Shown here: positions 47,030-55,588 of the stretch, in pieces
How positions within the stretch are numbered: the first letter of the stretch is position 1
Layout of the letters: every line of letters starts with the position of its first letter
Source of the DNA: Patescibacteria group bacterium
GTDB taxonomy: Bacteria; Patescibacteriota; Patescibacteriia; UBA10025; JAHIVO01
DNA length: 64,000 bases
Reading direction: 5' to 3'
NCBI GenBank assembly: GCA_041650915.1
Contig: JBAZKE010000001.1
Location: 446,136 to 510,135, forward strand
Notes under the pieces: generated by a model
Databases searched by the model: none
What the model was told of the DNA's origin: nothing
What the model saw: the letters and a program-made list of their open reading frames with translations, nothing else
Position numbers and translations under genes: made by a program

Positions 47030-47114
47030 TGAAGCTGAGATTGTGGCAACCAATGGGCGGCCGCGGATTTTATTGGTTTGCAGCTAGTTTTAAACGTCTC
47101 GTGAGTTCACAAAT

Positions 47115-47160
47115 CAAAACCCCCTCGCTACCGAGTTGAGGGGATCCTGATTTGATTTGT
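47115..47160. terminator. bidirectional terminator between convergent rlmH and the 226-aa gene
   Basis: CCCCTC-N11-GAGGGG, flanked by an A-tract and a T-rich tract. Confidence 0.5.
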
Positions 47161-47163
47161 ATC

Positions 47164-47844
47164 CTAGGAAGTTGGTACGTTTTCGCTATTACAGTATTCT
47201 AGTGCCCAGCCAGGCAGCGGATCATTGCGCCTGTTTGTTGCAATAAAAGAATTATCAGCCGGATCGATCACCACTTCATTTACGAATTTACCTGCCTCGA
47301 AAAACTTAAATTTTTTTGTCATTGTGCCTTCGGCAGGTCCATTAGGGTCTTCGCCCTGTTTGGTAATTGTGTTGAGCTCAATTTCAACCTGGCGATCATT
47401 GCTGAGTTCCTCTCGCTGGTACGTGGTGGTTTCCCATTCCCGGCCTCTGCCCGGACCCGCGTTTAAACTGCCAGTGGCGATTGTTAAACCGCCCTCATAC
47501 TTGTAGGTTATCTTCGTATCACTTTCTTTTCCTGGCATCGGTTTTTGTGTTCGAACTTCAGCCAGCCTGTCTTGCCCGTCATAGACCGCAGTCCGCTGCC
47601 AGTCGCTTCCTTCGCTTGCTTCGCGCCGGTAAGTTTCCTTGCCCGCTGCGTCTTTAATCACATGCCGGTAAACGCCGTCTGCAGGCGCCTCCGGCACTTT
47701 GTTTTGTTCAAACTCAGGCGGGTCAAATTCAACCGAACCGCCTTTCGGTGCTTCAGGCGGATTCATCAGCTCAAATGCTGTTTCAGGCTCGCTGGATGCG
47801 GTCCAATCTGCGTTCTCTTTTACTTCGTCGCCTTGTTCATTCAT
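47164..47844 (-). CDS. hypothetical protein (226 aa, acidic N-terminus, no signal peptide)
   Basis: Complete ORF with good coding periodicity. No recognisable family. Its promoter region faces the tandem repeats. Confidence 0.45.
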   Translation of the reverse strand: MNEQGDEVKENADWTASSEPETAFELMNPPEAPKGGSVEFDPPEFEQNKVPEAPADGVYRHVIKDAAGKETYRREASEGSDWQRTAVYDGQDRLAEVRTQKPMPGKESDTKITYKYEGGLTIATGSLNAGPGRGREWETTTYQREELSNDRQVEIELNTITKQGEDPNGPAEGTMTKKFKFFEAGKFVNEVVIDPADNSFIATNRRNDPLPGWALEYCNSENVPTS

Positions 47845-47922
47845 ATTTTTTTCTTTAATAAATAATTTTTACATTATTAGTTAAAAGTACTCCCAATTTC
47901 ATTGATTTGTCAATAAAAAACT

Positions 47923-48030
47923 GGGGCGAAACTTCAAGAAGACTTGGGGCCCCTTCCCTGAAACAAGTGCACGGCCGGGGCGAAACTTCAAGAAGACTTG
48001 GGGCCCCTTCCCTGAAACAAGTGCACGGCC
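47923..48030. repeat. two perfect 54-bp tandem direct repeats (47923..47976 and 47977..48030), followed by a related degenerate unit to about 48105
   Basis: The unit is GGGGCGAAACTTCAAGAAGACTTGGGGCCCCTTCCCTGAAACAAGTGCACGGCC. The third unit ends in a perfect hairpin, CGAAAGTGCAA-CAGAG-TTGCACTTTCG (48079..48105). Confidence 0.85.
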
Positions 48031-48132
48031 GGGGCGAAAGTGCAACAGAGTTGACGGGTCCCTCGCCAGGTCTCGGGACGAAAGTGCAACAGAGTTGCAC
48101 TTTCGGTTATTATTCGGTATACTGAATATCGT

Positions 48133-48387
48133 ATGTATGTGGATAAAGTACAGGAGACAGTACGCGTTTTTGCGGACTTTTCAGGCACTCAGGTCAGGCC
48201 AGTGGCGTTTATTCGCTCCACAGGCCGGCGTTATGATATCAAGCGCGTTAATCTGGTGTACCAAAAAAGGGTGGGAGATAGGTACCACTGGTGTTTTGCG
48301 TGTTCGGACGAGGCAAATACGTATGTTTTGTTTTACGATCCGGAAAATTTGCAATGGACCTTGCGCGAGGTTCAAATGGAGGGTTGA
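48133..48387 (+). CDS. hypothetical 84-aa protein whose stop directly abuts the start of the Y-family polymerase gene
   Basis: Its TGA stop is immediately followed by the polymerase ATG. It contains HWCFAC. No family recognised. Confidence 0.5.
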   Translation: MYVDKVQETVRVFADFSGTQVRPVAFIRSTGRRYDIKRVNLVYQKRVGDRYHWCFACSDEANTYVLFYDPENLQWTLREVQMEG

Positions 48388-49680
48388 ATGAGCAGTGAGT
48401 TTTGGGAGTTGGGTAGCGATAACCGGGAAAGTATGCAAAGGGTAATGCTTCATTTTGACATGAATTCGTACTTCGCGTCCGTTGAACAACAGGCGAATCC
48501 GTTTTTGCGAGGAAAGCCGGTTGGCGTATGTTCCACGATGTCCCGCAGAGGATGCATTATTGCCTCGTCAAGAGAGGCAAAAGCGTTTGGCATTAAGACC
48601 GGCTGCCGGGTAAATGAAGCGCTGGAACTGTATCCACAAGTGAACCTCGTGGAAGTTGACCCGCCGAAGTACCGTTCAACCACCAAGCGCATTTTTTCCA
48701 TTTGTGCTGATTATACCGAGGATATTGAGGCGTATTCAATTGACGAGGCGTTCTTGGATTTGACTGGCTCTGTTGAGTCGTTTGATAGAGCTCTCGGGAT
48801 CGCGAAGACAATCCAGCGGCGCATCCGGGACGAGGTTGGGGAGTGGCTCACGTGTTCCATGGGCATTACGTGGACGCGCTGGCTTGCGAAATTCGCGAGC
48901 GATACCGCACCGAAAGGCGGGATCGTCGTTTTAACGAGAGAGAGCCTTTTCCAGTATTTGCAGGGCCGTGATTTGCAGGATGCGTGGGGAATCGCGGACG
49001 CGATGGAGGCGAGGCTCAATATACTCGGCATCCGTACGCTCGACCAGCTTGCCGTTTATCCGGTGCAAAATTTAATGTCTGTAATGGGTAAGGCGGGTTA
49101 CTATCTGTGGGCAAACGTCAACGGCATTGAACTCGGCGGCTTGGAGGTGAAGCGTCCGCCAAAGACCATCGGCCACAGCCACGTACTCAAGAAGCGCGAT
49201 TTGGACCGCACGTTTCACATGGCAGTGCTCATGCGCCTCGCTGAGCGGACCGGCAGGCGATTGCGCGGGCATGGGTATGAGGCGCACGGGTTCTACTACT
49301 ACGTGCAGTTTGATGAGCGGCCGAGCTGCGGCGGCAGCCGGCGCGTGCATCATCCGATCGTGACGACAAACCAGATTTTCAGGCTCGTATGGAAAGAGAT
49401 CGCTCCGGTGGTTGCAAAGGACAAGCCGGGCATGTTTGCGCTCGGGCTTTTCGGCTTGCAGCCGCGCGCCGACCAGCTCTCCCTGTTTCGGCACGAACGG
49501 CTTTCCCCCGAGCTGTCGAGAGCGATTGATGAGATCAATAGCCGTTACGGCGAGGAGACGATCGTGCAGGGGCCGCTTTTGAAGCTAGAAAAAATGCACG
49601 CCCCAGATCGGGTAGGATTCCGCAAGACCATGGAAGCTGAGTTCAGCGGAGCGGCCGAGCTGCAGTACGGGGGAGGGTAG
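48388..49680 (+). CDS. dinB: Y-family DNA polymerase (DinB/Pol IV-like)
   Basis: N-terminal HFDMNSYFASVEQQANPFLRGKPVGVC and SIDEAFLDLTG are catalytic motifs of the UmuC/DinB family. Confidence 0.8.
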   Translation: MSSEFWELGSDNRESMQRVMLHFDMNSYFASVEQQANPFLRGKPVGVCSTMSRRGCIIASSREAKAFGIKTGCRVNEALELYPQVNLVEVDPPKYRSTTKRIFSICADYTEDIEAYSIDEAFLDLTGSVESFDRALGIAKTIQRRIRDEVGEWLTCSMGITWTRWLAKFASDTAPKGGIVVLTRESLFQYLQGRDLQDAWGIADAMEARLNILGIRTLDQLAVYPVQNLMSVMGKAGYYLWANVNGIELGGLEVKRPPKTIGHSHVLKKRDLDRTFHMAVLMRLAERTGRRLRGHGYEAHGFYYYVQFDERPSCGGSRRVHHPIVTTNQIFRLVWKEIAPVVAKDKPGMFALGLFGLQPRADQLSLFRHERLSPELSRAIDEINSRYGEETIVQGPLLKLEKMHAPDRVGFRKTMEAEFSGAAELQYGGG

Positions 49681-49800
49681 TTGCAAGATTGAGCGCTTGG
49701 TGTATAGTATGTATATGTCATTTCAAAGAGCGCAATTTAACTGCTGGGACGCTACCCACTCCACTGGGTAGTATTGCGCTGTCACAGTGAATAAAGCGTA

Positions 49801-49822
49801 CTGCCCGGTGAGGCAGTTTTTT
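49801..49822 (+). terminator. rho-independent terminator after dinB
   Basis: CTGCC-CGGTGA-GGCAG followed by TTTTTT. An additional hairpin lies upstream at about 49752..49771. Confidence 0.55.
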
Positions 49823-49923
49823 AATTATGGGCTACTATCTATTTTTCAATCGATGTACCGAACGTTGGCACCGCTGGTGTCGTCGTGTTGTGAGTGGTAC
49901 AGAATCAATAATAGACAATAGCT

Positions 49924-51135
49924 ATGAAATCAATAACATCACACAAGAAATTTCCCGACGCAATGGGTTTTTTTGGGAAGTACGGAGGGCAGGACGTGCC
50001 GCCTCCGCTTGTAGAAGAGCTGGGCAGGATCGCCAGTGCGTACCGAGAAGCCATGCAGGATAAATCGTTCGTCGAAGAGTATGTTTCTTTGCTTACAAAC
50101 TACGTTGGACGCCCGTCACCGCTGTATTTTGCAAGGAACTTGACTAACATGCTTGGCGGGGCAATGATCTACCTTAAACGTGAAGATCTGAATCATACCG
50201 GCGCGCATAAGATCAACCACACGCTCGGTGAAGCGCTCCTCGCAAAGCGCATGGGCAAGAAGAAACTCCTCGCCGAAACCGGCGCTGGCCAGCACGGCGT
50301 AGCGCTCGCAACTGCCGCGACAATTGTCGGCATCGATTGCGAAATTCATATCGGAGCGATCGATTACGCCAAGCAGCACCCAAATGTAGTGCGCATGAAG
50401 CTGCTCGGTGCGAACGTGGTCAAGGTGGAATCCGGAGGCCGTTGCCTGAAGGATGCCGTGGATAGCGCATTCCAAACATACATTCAGAATATGGATACTG
50501 TATTTTTTGGGATCGGCTCGGTGGTTGGGCCGCATCCGTACCCGATGATTATCCGTGATTTCCAGTCAGTCGTCGGCCGGGAGGCACGCGAACAGATTCT
50601 AAAACAGCGCGGCACGCTGCCAGACTGCCTTATTGCGTGCGTCGGCGGCGGCTCAAATGCGATCGGTTTGTTCCATGAATTCCTCGACGACCCGGTGCAG
50701 ATGGTTGGAGTCGAACCGAGCGGACGGGGCCTTACGAAGCTCGGCGAGCATGCCGCGACGCTGACTCTCGGCAAGCCCGGCTACATCCACGGCATGTTTA
50801 CCTACTTGCTACAAAATGACAAAGGAGAGCCGGCCCCGGTCCACTCGATCGCATCAGGGCTCGATTACCCCGGTGTCGGGCCGGCGCATGCAAACTTTAA
50901 GGATAGCAAACGTGTCGAGTACGTTACCGCAAGCGACGAGGAGGCGCTCTCGGCATTCCGTCTGCTCTCTCAGTTGGAAGGCATCATTCCCGCGCTCGAG
51001 AGCGCGCACGCCATCGCCGAGGTCGTTAAGCGTGCGCCGCGTATGCCGAAGACGCAGAGTATCATCGTCAACTTGTCAGGCAGGGGAGACAAAGACGTCG
51101 ATTTCGTTGCGGAACGCATCGGTTTAACGATGTAG
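49924..51135 (+). CDS. trpB: tryptophan synthase beta chain (stand-alone)
   Basis: FGKYGGQDVPP, HTGAHKINHTLGEALLAKRMGKKKLLAETGAGQHG, and GGGSNAIG. No trpA is adjacent. Confidence 0.85.
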   Translation: MKSITSHKKFPDAMGFFGKYGGQDVPPPLVEELGRIASAYREAMQDKSFVEEYVSLLTNYVGRPSPLYFARNLTNMLGGAMIYLKREDLNHTGAHKINHTLGEALLAKRMGKKKLLAETGAGQHGVALATAATIVGIDCEIHIGAIDYAKQHPNVVRMKLLGANVVKVESGGRCLKDAVDSAFQTYIQNMDTVFFGIGSVVGPHPYPMIIRDFQSVVGREAREQILKQRGTLPDCLIACVGGGSNAIGLFHEFLDDPVQMVGVEPSGRGLTKLGEHAATLTLGKPGYIHGMFTYLLQNDKGEPAPVHSIASGLDYPGVGPAHANFKDSKRVEYVTASDEEALSAFRLLSQLEGIIPALESAHAIAEVVKRAPRMPKTQSIIVNLSGRGDKDVDFVAERIGLTM

Positions 51136-51199
51136 ACAAATGGCAAAACAAGGAAGCGGTGCGCTCGAGCGCACCGCTTTCCAGCTGGTAAGATAATGT

Positions 51200-51850
51200 T
51201 TACAGTGGGTTGATTACCTCAGGCAATTCGTTGCGGTAGGAGTTGACGAGCGATGAAACCTCGTACATTTTCATCTGTTTTTCCGGGTACGGCTTGAGCG
51301 CCGAGAGCGCAGCTTCCGGTTCCGCAGACGAATCAATCCAAAGTTGCTCGTACCGGCGTTCGAGTATCGCCGGCATACGGTCGTGAAGTTGTGCGACCAG
51401 GCCGTTTGCTGGAACGGTTATTATGGAGAACGTAGGTATTGCAAGCCCGGCTGTCGTTAGGTACGTTTCCCAGATCCCAGCAAATGCGAATGGTTGTTCA
51501 TTTGAAAGTAAAATGCGGTGGGGGATTTTGGATCCTGTTTTTCTGTTCCACTCAAAAAAGCTGTCCGCAAGCACGAGGCAGCGCCAGCTTTTGACAGTAT
51601 TTCGAAAAGAAGGTTTTTCTCTTATTGTTTCTACGCGCGCATTGATAATGCCTTTTGGATTTTTTTTCATCCACTTCGGGATTAAGCCCCATTTTCCGGG
51701 TACGATGCTTTCCGGATCGGTATTCAAAATAACCGGGAGCTCTTGGGATGGGGCAGCGTTGAAGTGCCGCTTGATGGGCAGCTTGAATCGCGCTTGCCAG
51801 CGTTCTTCTACGATATCGTCTTTTGAGAAAAATGAGTATCGCCCGCACAT
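51200..51850 (-). CDS. SOS response-associated peptidase (SRAP/YedK family, abasic-site processing)
   Basis: Start placed at MCGRYS (invariant Cys2). Length is about 216 aa. The longer ORF would start with TTG 13 codons upstream. Confidence 0.8.
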   Translation of the reverse strand: MCGRYSFFSKDDIVEERWQARFKLPIKRHFNAAPSQELPVILNTDPESIVPGKWGLIPKWMKKNPKGIINARVETIREKPSFRNTVKSWRCLVLADSFFEWNRKTGSKIPHRILLSNEQPFAFAGIWETYLTTAGLAIPTFSIITVPANGLVAQLHDRMPAILERRYEQLWIDSSAEPEAALSALKPYPEKQMKMYEVSSLVNSYRNELPEVINPL

Positions 51851-51891
51851 GACTTCAGTATAGTAGATTCGTGTACGTTCGAAAAGCAAAT

Positions 51892-51929
51892 AAAAAACCC
51901 CCTGAAGTTCCGGTTAAGAACCTCAGGGG
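51892..51929 (-). terminator. strand-specific rho-independent terminator
   Basis: On the minus-strand RNA the hairpin is CCCCTGAGGTTC-N7-GAACTTCAGGGG (one G.U), followed by TTTTTTATTTG. On the plus strand the same position is an A-C mismatch. Confidence 0.6.
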
Positions 51930-51960
51930 TTGTACTGGTCGTATCCTTATATTATCCGTG

Positions 51961-53277
51961 CTATCGGCTGGTTTTGGCACGGCGTTTCGAAATCCAGGCA
52001 TCCCAGCCATTGCCTGAGTGCATCCACTCACAGATGTCCGTGGCTACCTGGGTGAGCATGTCGAACGGGAGGTTGGTCGGCATTACGCCAGGCCTTCTGA
52101 ATGTCCCGTTGACCAGGGCAAATCCGATATTGTCGTCGTTTAAGCACTGGCACCACTCTCCGCAGTGCTCGACGATTTCGGGCATTGACAGATCGGCGAA
52201 ACCGGTCGGTACGGAATCCAGGTCAATCCCGTTCGAGATAAGCTGCTCAAGGCGGATAGCAGCGACAATCCACGGAAATTCTATGCAGACCGTATCGCGG
52301 TGCAGCAGGAAGATTCCGATGTTTCCGTTCGGCCGCCCGATGATCAGAACATTGATGCATTTGTTGCGGAATCGGGTGGCAGCGATGAGCCGCCTGTTGT
52401 CACTCTGGTTCTGTCCCGGCGAAATCGCCATGATCCTGAAAACATCCTGCGGACGGCAGTTGTCTCCCGGGCGCATCGCGATCACGTGTTGTTTCTCAAA
52501 GATAGCTTGGGCGGCGAGAAACTGCTCCTGCGAATGCAACGCCGCGTCGAAGAGCGGCTTGATCCACTGGTATGCAGTTTGGTTCGTGCCATCATACGGA
52601 CGGTGCGCACATATAAGCGCGGTGCACTCCGCAGGATCAAACTGGCGTGACGGTTCAGCGATCCCCAGCCTGCTCATCTGCTTTGTCAGCTGCTGCACGA
52701 GCGGATTATTCACTTTAAGGTTTTTCTCCTGCAGCCACCTCGAATACAGATTCCAGATTGGCCGTTTCGCTTGATCGAATACAGGGAATGTAATGGCTAT
52801 ACCTTCCGGTACGGCAGAGCTAGTTGGACAGTACGTCGTTGACTCGCTGAAGTACAGGCTGAAGAAGAAATTCAGCCACTCTTCAATCTGGCACGGCGTC
52901 CATCGGTAGTCATTGAGCAGCTGGACGCACTGGCTGAGGTTGAACGGAATATTGGAGAACGGCTTGCCGTGCTCTTCGATTTTTCGGAGCACGAGGCCGA
53001 CTTTCGCATTCCGGCGAATCCCGAGCTGGTCGGCGATTTCAGCAGCAGGAGAGCAGGTGAATGCCCCGCAGCCGATGCCGATGCGCAATGTGCCATACCT
53101 CTTGAGATAGGTCGCATTGTTCATGCGGTGGATTGTGCCTCCGTCATCGGTATTGATGCAGGCTTGTTCTATCCCTGTAAGCACGCCCGTACCGAAACGC
53201 CGCGCGAGTATAATCGCCATCGCCTCATTGAATGAGATTTCAACGGGCGTACTAATTCCTTGTACCGTGTTTTTCAC
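51961..53277 (-). CDS. hypothetical protein (439 aa from a GTG start after AGGAGG)
   Basis: Long ORF with no recognisable motif. A perfect SD lies 6 nt before the GTG (Val26 of the track ORF). The alternative start is Met1 at 53352. Confidence 0.5.
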   Translation of the reverse strand: MKNTVQGISTPVEISFNEAMAIILARRFGTGVLTGIEQACINTDDGGTIHRMNNATYLKRYGTLRIGIGCGAFTCSPAAEIADQLGIRRNAKVGLVLRKIEEHGKPFSNIPFNLSQCVQLLNDYRWTPCQIEEWLNFFFSLYFSESTTYCPTSSAVPEGIAITFPVFDQAKRPIWNLYSRWLQEKNLKVNNPLVQQLTKQMSRLGIAEPSRQFDPAECTALICAHRPYDGTNQTAYQWIKPLFDAALHSQEQFLAAQAIFEKQHVIAMRPGDNCRPQDVFRIMAISPGQNQSDNRRLIAATRFRNKCINVLIIGRPNGNIGIFLLHRDTVCIEFPWIVAAIRLEQLISNGIDLDSVPTGFADLSMPEIVEHCGEWCQCLNDDNIGFALVNGTFRRPGVMPTNLPFDMLTQVATDICEWMHSGNGWDAWISKRRAKTSR

Positions 53278-53505
53278 GTGGTACCTCCTAATCCTTGAGG
53301 AGTTTTTGGTTTCCCGATGTAAATCCTTACCCAACCATAGGATAAGGACCATCGGAGTTTATTAAAGTGCTACGCGAGCTAGCCGCCTACCGTACCAGAA
53401 AAAAGTATTACTGTCAAGTAGAATGCCGGCAAGAATTCAAATTGCTTTTAATCAGGGCTGAAATACATCTGTCTGCGTTTGGATTTTTCATTGAGCTGTA
53501 TTACT

Positions 53506-54627
53506 ATGACAGAGTATATGAAGACTTCGTGGAAAATTATAATTATTACCTTGTTTACATTACTCATCACCACCACCGCAGGCGCGAGCATTCTTCTCAC
53601 ATACCAGGGCAGGGAGCTCCCGTACGTAGGACGGATCGTTACGGTACCGTTCATTGAGCAGAAACCGGAGAATGTAATTCACTCGATGCAGTCGACAATG
53701 GCAAATCTGCCGCTGGCTCGCTACAATATCAGCATCGATATTTCATCAGTGCCTGAAAAAGATTCATGGGCTGTCCAGTCCGATATTGAGGCAGCGGGCA
53801 GCATGAGTGACACCGGAAATGGCATTGCTTCGATGCGGAGTGCAATTCAAATCGGCGGCATGAGTTTCGTAGCATCGCTCGAGTTTCGGATTGTTGACGG
53901 CATCCATTACTTCCGTTTCAGCGAAGTGCCGGCAATACCTTTTATTGATTTGCAATCCGTATACGGTACCTGGTATACGTGTGGTTCTGACACAAAGTTT
54001 CAGCACGACGAAAATTCGATAGATGCCTCGCTGGTAGATGCATTGGTTAACCAGCCATACCTTGACTCTGTTGAACGGCTGCCCGATGAGACGGTTGACG
54101 GAAAGCGCATGTACCGGTACAGCGTTAAACTCCATGCCGCCGCGATTGAGACCGCCAAAAGGTCTTTACGAGAGATGTTGCCCTTTAGCGGATGGAATGC
54201 AACGGCAGCTCCCAATGCCGTTGATTTTAACCCCATTGAGCTGTGGATCGGCAAAGAGGATTCGGTTTTATACCGCGCTCAGGGATCAGCGGTTTCGAAA
54301 TCAACCAACATATCGTTTGAGCTGCTGACAAGCCATCTCAATGAGGCGGTATTGATCGAGATTCCTGCATCATCTGTGCCTGTATCGACATTTGGGAAGG
54401 ATTTTTTCGGCGGGACGAACGTGCTCGATATTCCGCTTTTCGGGTACCTTGTCGGCATTGACACTGAGGCATTAATTGAGGATACTGACAATGATACCCT
54501 TTACAAAATTTGGGAAAATGCGTTCGGGACGGACGTTGCTGAGCCTGACACGGACGGTGATGGCTTTCTCGACGGGGAAGAGGTTCGCAGCGGTTACGAT
54601 CCGCTCGGGGAAGGATCATTGTTTTAA
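53506..54627 (+). CDS. secreted protein with a C-terminal DTDGDGFLDGEE calcium-binding-like motif, hypothetical
   Basis: Signal/TM (WKIIIITLFTLLITTTAGA). No family. The C-terminus is DTDGDGFLDGEEVRSGYDPLGEGSLF. The start is uncertain (Met1 53479, Met10 53506, Met14 53518). Confidence 0.45.
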   Translation: MTEYMKTSWKIIIITLFTLLITTTAGASILLTYQGRELPYVGRIVTVPFIEQKPENVIHSMQSTMANLPLARYNISIDISSVPEKDSWAVQSDIEAAGSMSDTGNGIASMRSAIQIGGMSFVASLEFRIVDGIHYFRFSEVPAIPFIDLQSVYGTWYTCGSDTKFQHDENSIDASLVDALVNQPYLDSVERLPDETVDGKRMYRYSVKLHAAAIETAKRSLREMLPFSGWNATAAPNAVDFNPIELWIGKEDSVLYRAQGSAVSKSTNISFELLTSHLNEAVLIEIPASSVPVSTFGKDFFGGTNVLDIPLFGYLVGIDTEALIEDTDNDTLYKIWENAFGTDVAEPDTDGDGFLDGEEVRSGYDPLGEGSLF

Positions 54628-54643
54628 AAAAAACCTAAGCACT

Positions 54644-55522
54644 ATGCTGAATAGACAGTGCTTAAAGAAAATTCTTCCGCCGCGCCCGAAGGACGTGCAC
54701 AAGAAAAAACTCGGACACGTGCTTTTGGTTGTGGGATCACGGCGCATGCCAGGCGCCGGACTTCTCACTATACAAGGTGCATTCCGGACGGGTATCGGCG
54801 GCATCACCGCCGCGTACCCGAAGTCGATACGGACCGAGTATGTGAAGCTCGTCGGCGAAGCATTCCACCTGAGCCTGCCAGAAACGAGGGAGGGAACGCT
54901 TGCGAGCTCCTCTTTCAGGCTGCTCCAAGATGAAGGTAAACGTGCTCACGCGATTGGCATCGGTCCGGGGCTCGGCACCCATCCGCAGTCGGACAAGGTC
55001 GTGCTTCGTGTCGTACGGAACTTTGGCGTCCCGATGGTCATTGACGCGAGCGGACTTAATGCAATCGGCATATCAGGAAAGGTACAGCCAATACTCTTAA
55101 GCAGGAAGTCAACCACGATTTTAACGCCTCATGAGGGTGAGATGGCCAAGCTCGCCGGAATGAGCAGCTCGGCAGTCCATGCGCAACGGAGGGCCGTTGC
55201 GGAGAAGTTTGCCCGCCGATGGAATGCAATCATTGTGCTAAAAGGTTATTGTACGGTCATTGCATCCCCTGACGGTCGTACCGTCATTAATACTACCGGG
55301 TGTCCGGGACTTGCAACGCCAGGGAGCGGCGACGTACTGACAGGCATCGCAACGACTTTACTCGCACAGCATCCCGAATGTGCCTTCGAATCGGCCTGCG
55401 TTGCCGCTTACGTCCACGGCCTTGCGGGCGATCTCGCCGAGAGGGAACTCGGGGAGCGCTCGGTAATTGCGTCCGATGTCCTGCGGTTTCTTCCGAAAGC
55501 CTTGACACGGGCGGCACGATAG
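54644..55522 (+). CDS. ADP-dependent NAD(P)H-hydrate dehydratase (YjeF C-terminal domain, Nnr)
   Basis: Start moved to Met57. HKKKLGHVLLVVGS...GAGLL, GPGLG, VIDASGLN and TGCPGLATPGSGDVLTG. Confidence 0.75.
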   Translation: MLNRQCLKKILPPRPKDVHKKKLGHVLLVVGSRRMPGAGLLTIQGAFRTGIGGITAAYPKSIRTEYVKLVGEAFHLSLPETREGTLASSSFRLLQDEGKRAHAIGIGPGLGTHPQSDKVVLRVVRNFGVPMVIDASGLNAIGISGKVQPILLSRKSTTILTPHEGEMAKLAGMSSSAVHAQRRAVAEKFARRWNAIIVLKGYCTVIASPDGRTVINTTGCPGLATPGSGDVLTGIATTLLAQHPECAFESACVAAYVHGLAGDLAERELGERSVIASDVLRFLPKALTRAAR

Positions 55523-55588
55523 CCTATAATGGCACACTTGCCGTTGGTGCGGTATACTATTGGTGGATCCGTGTAAGGAATATATTCT

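Noticed and set aside
47907-48125. ORF-track CDS (72 aa, GETSRRLGAPSLKQVHGR x2) and the opposite-strand ORFs over the same span, plus a possible CRISPR array
   Set aside because: The repetitive peptide is a translation of the two identical 54-bp tandem units. There is no RBS or start context. Adjacent identical repeats without unique spacers and without cas genes are not a CRISPR array.
53367-53657. 96-aa plus-strand ORF with a His/Tyr-rich odd composition
   Set aside because: It overlaps the start of the signal-peptide gene at 53479/53506 in another frame and lies in its promoter and leader. The composition is non-protein-like.
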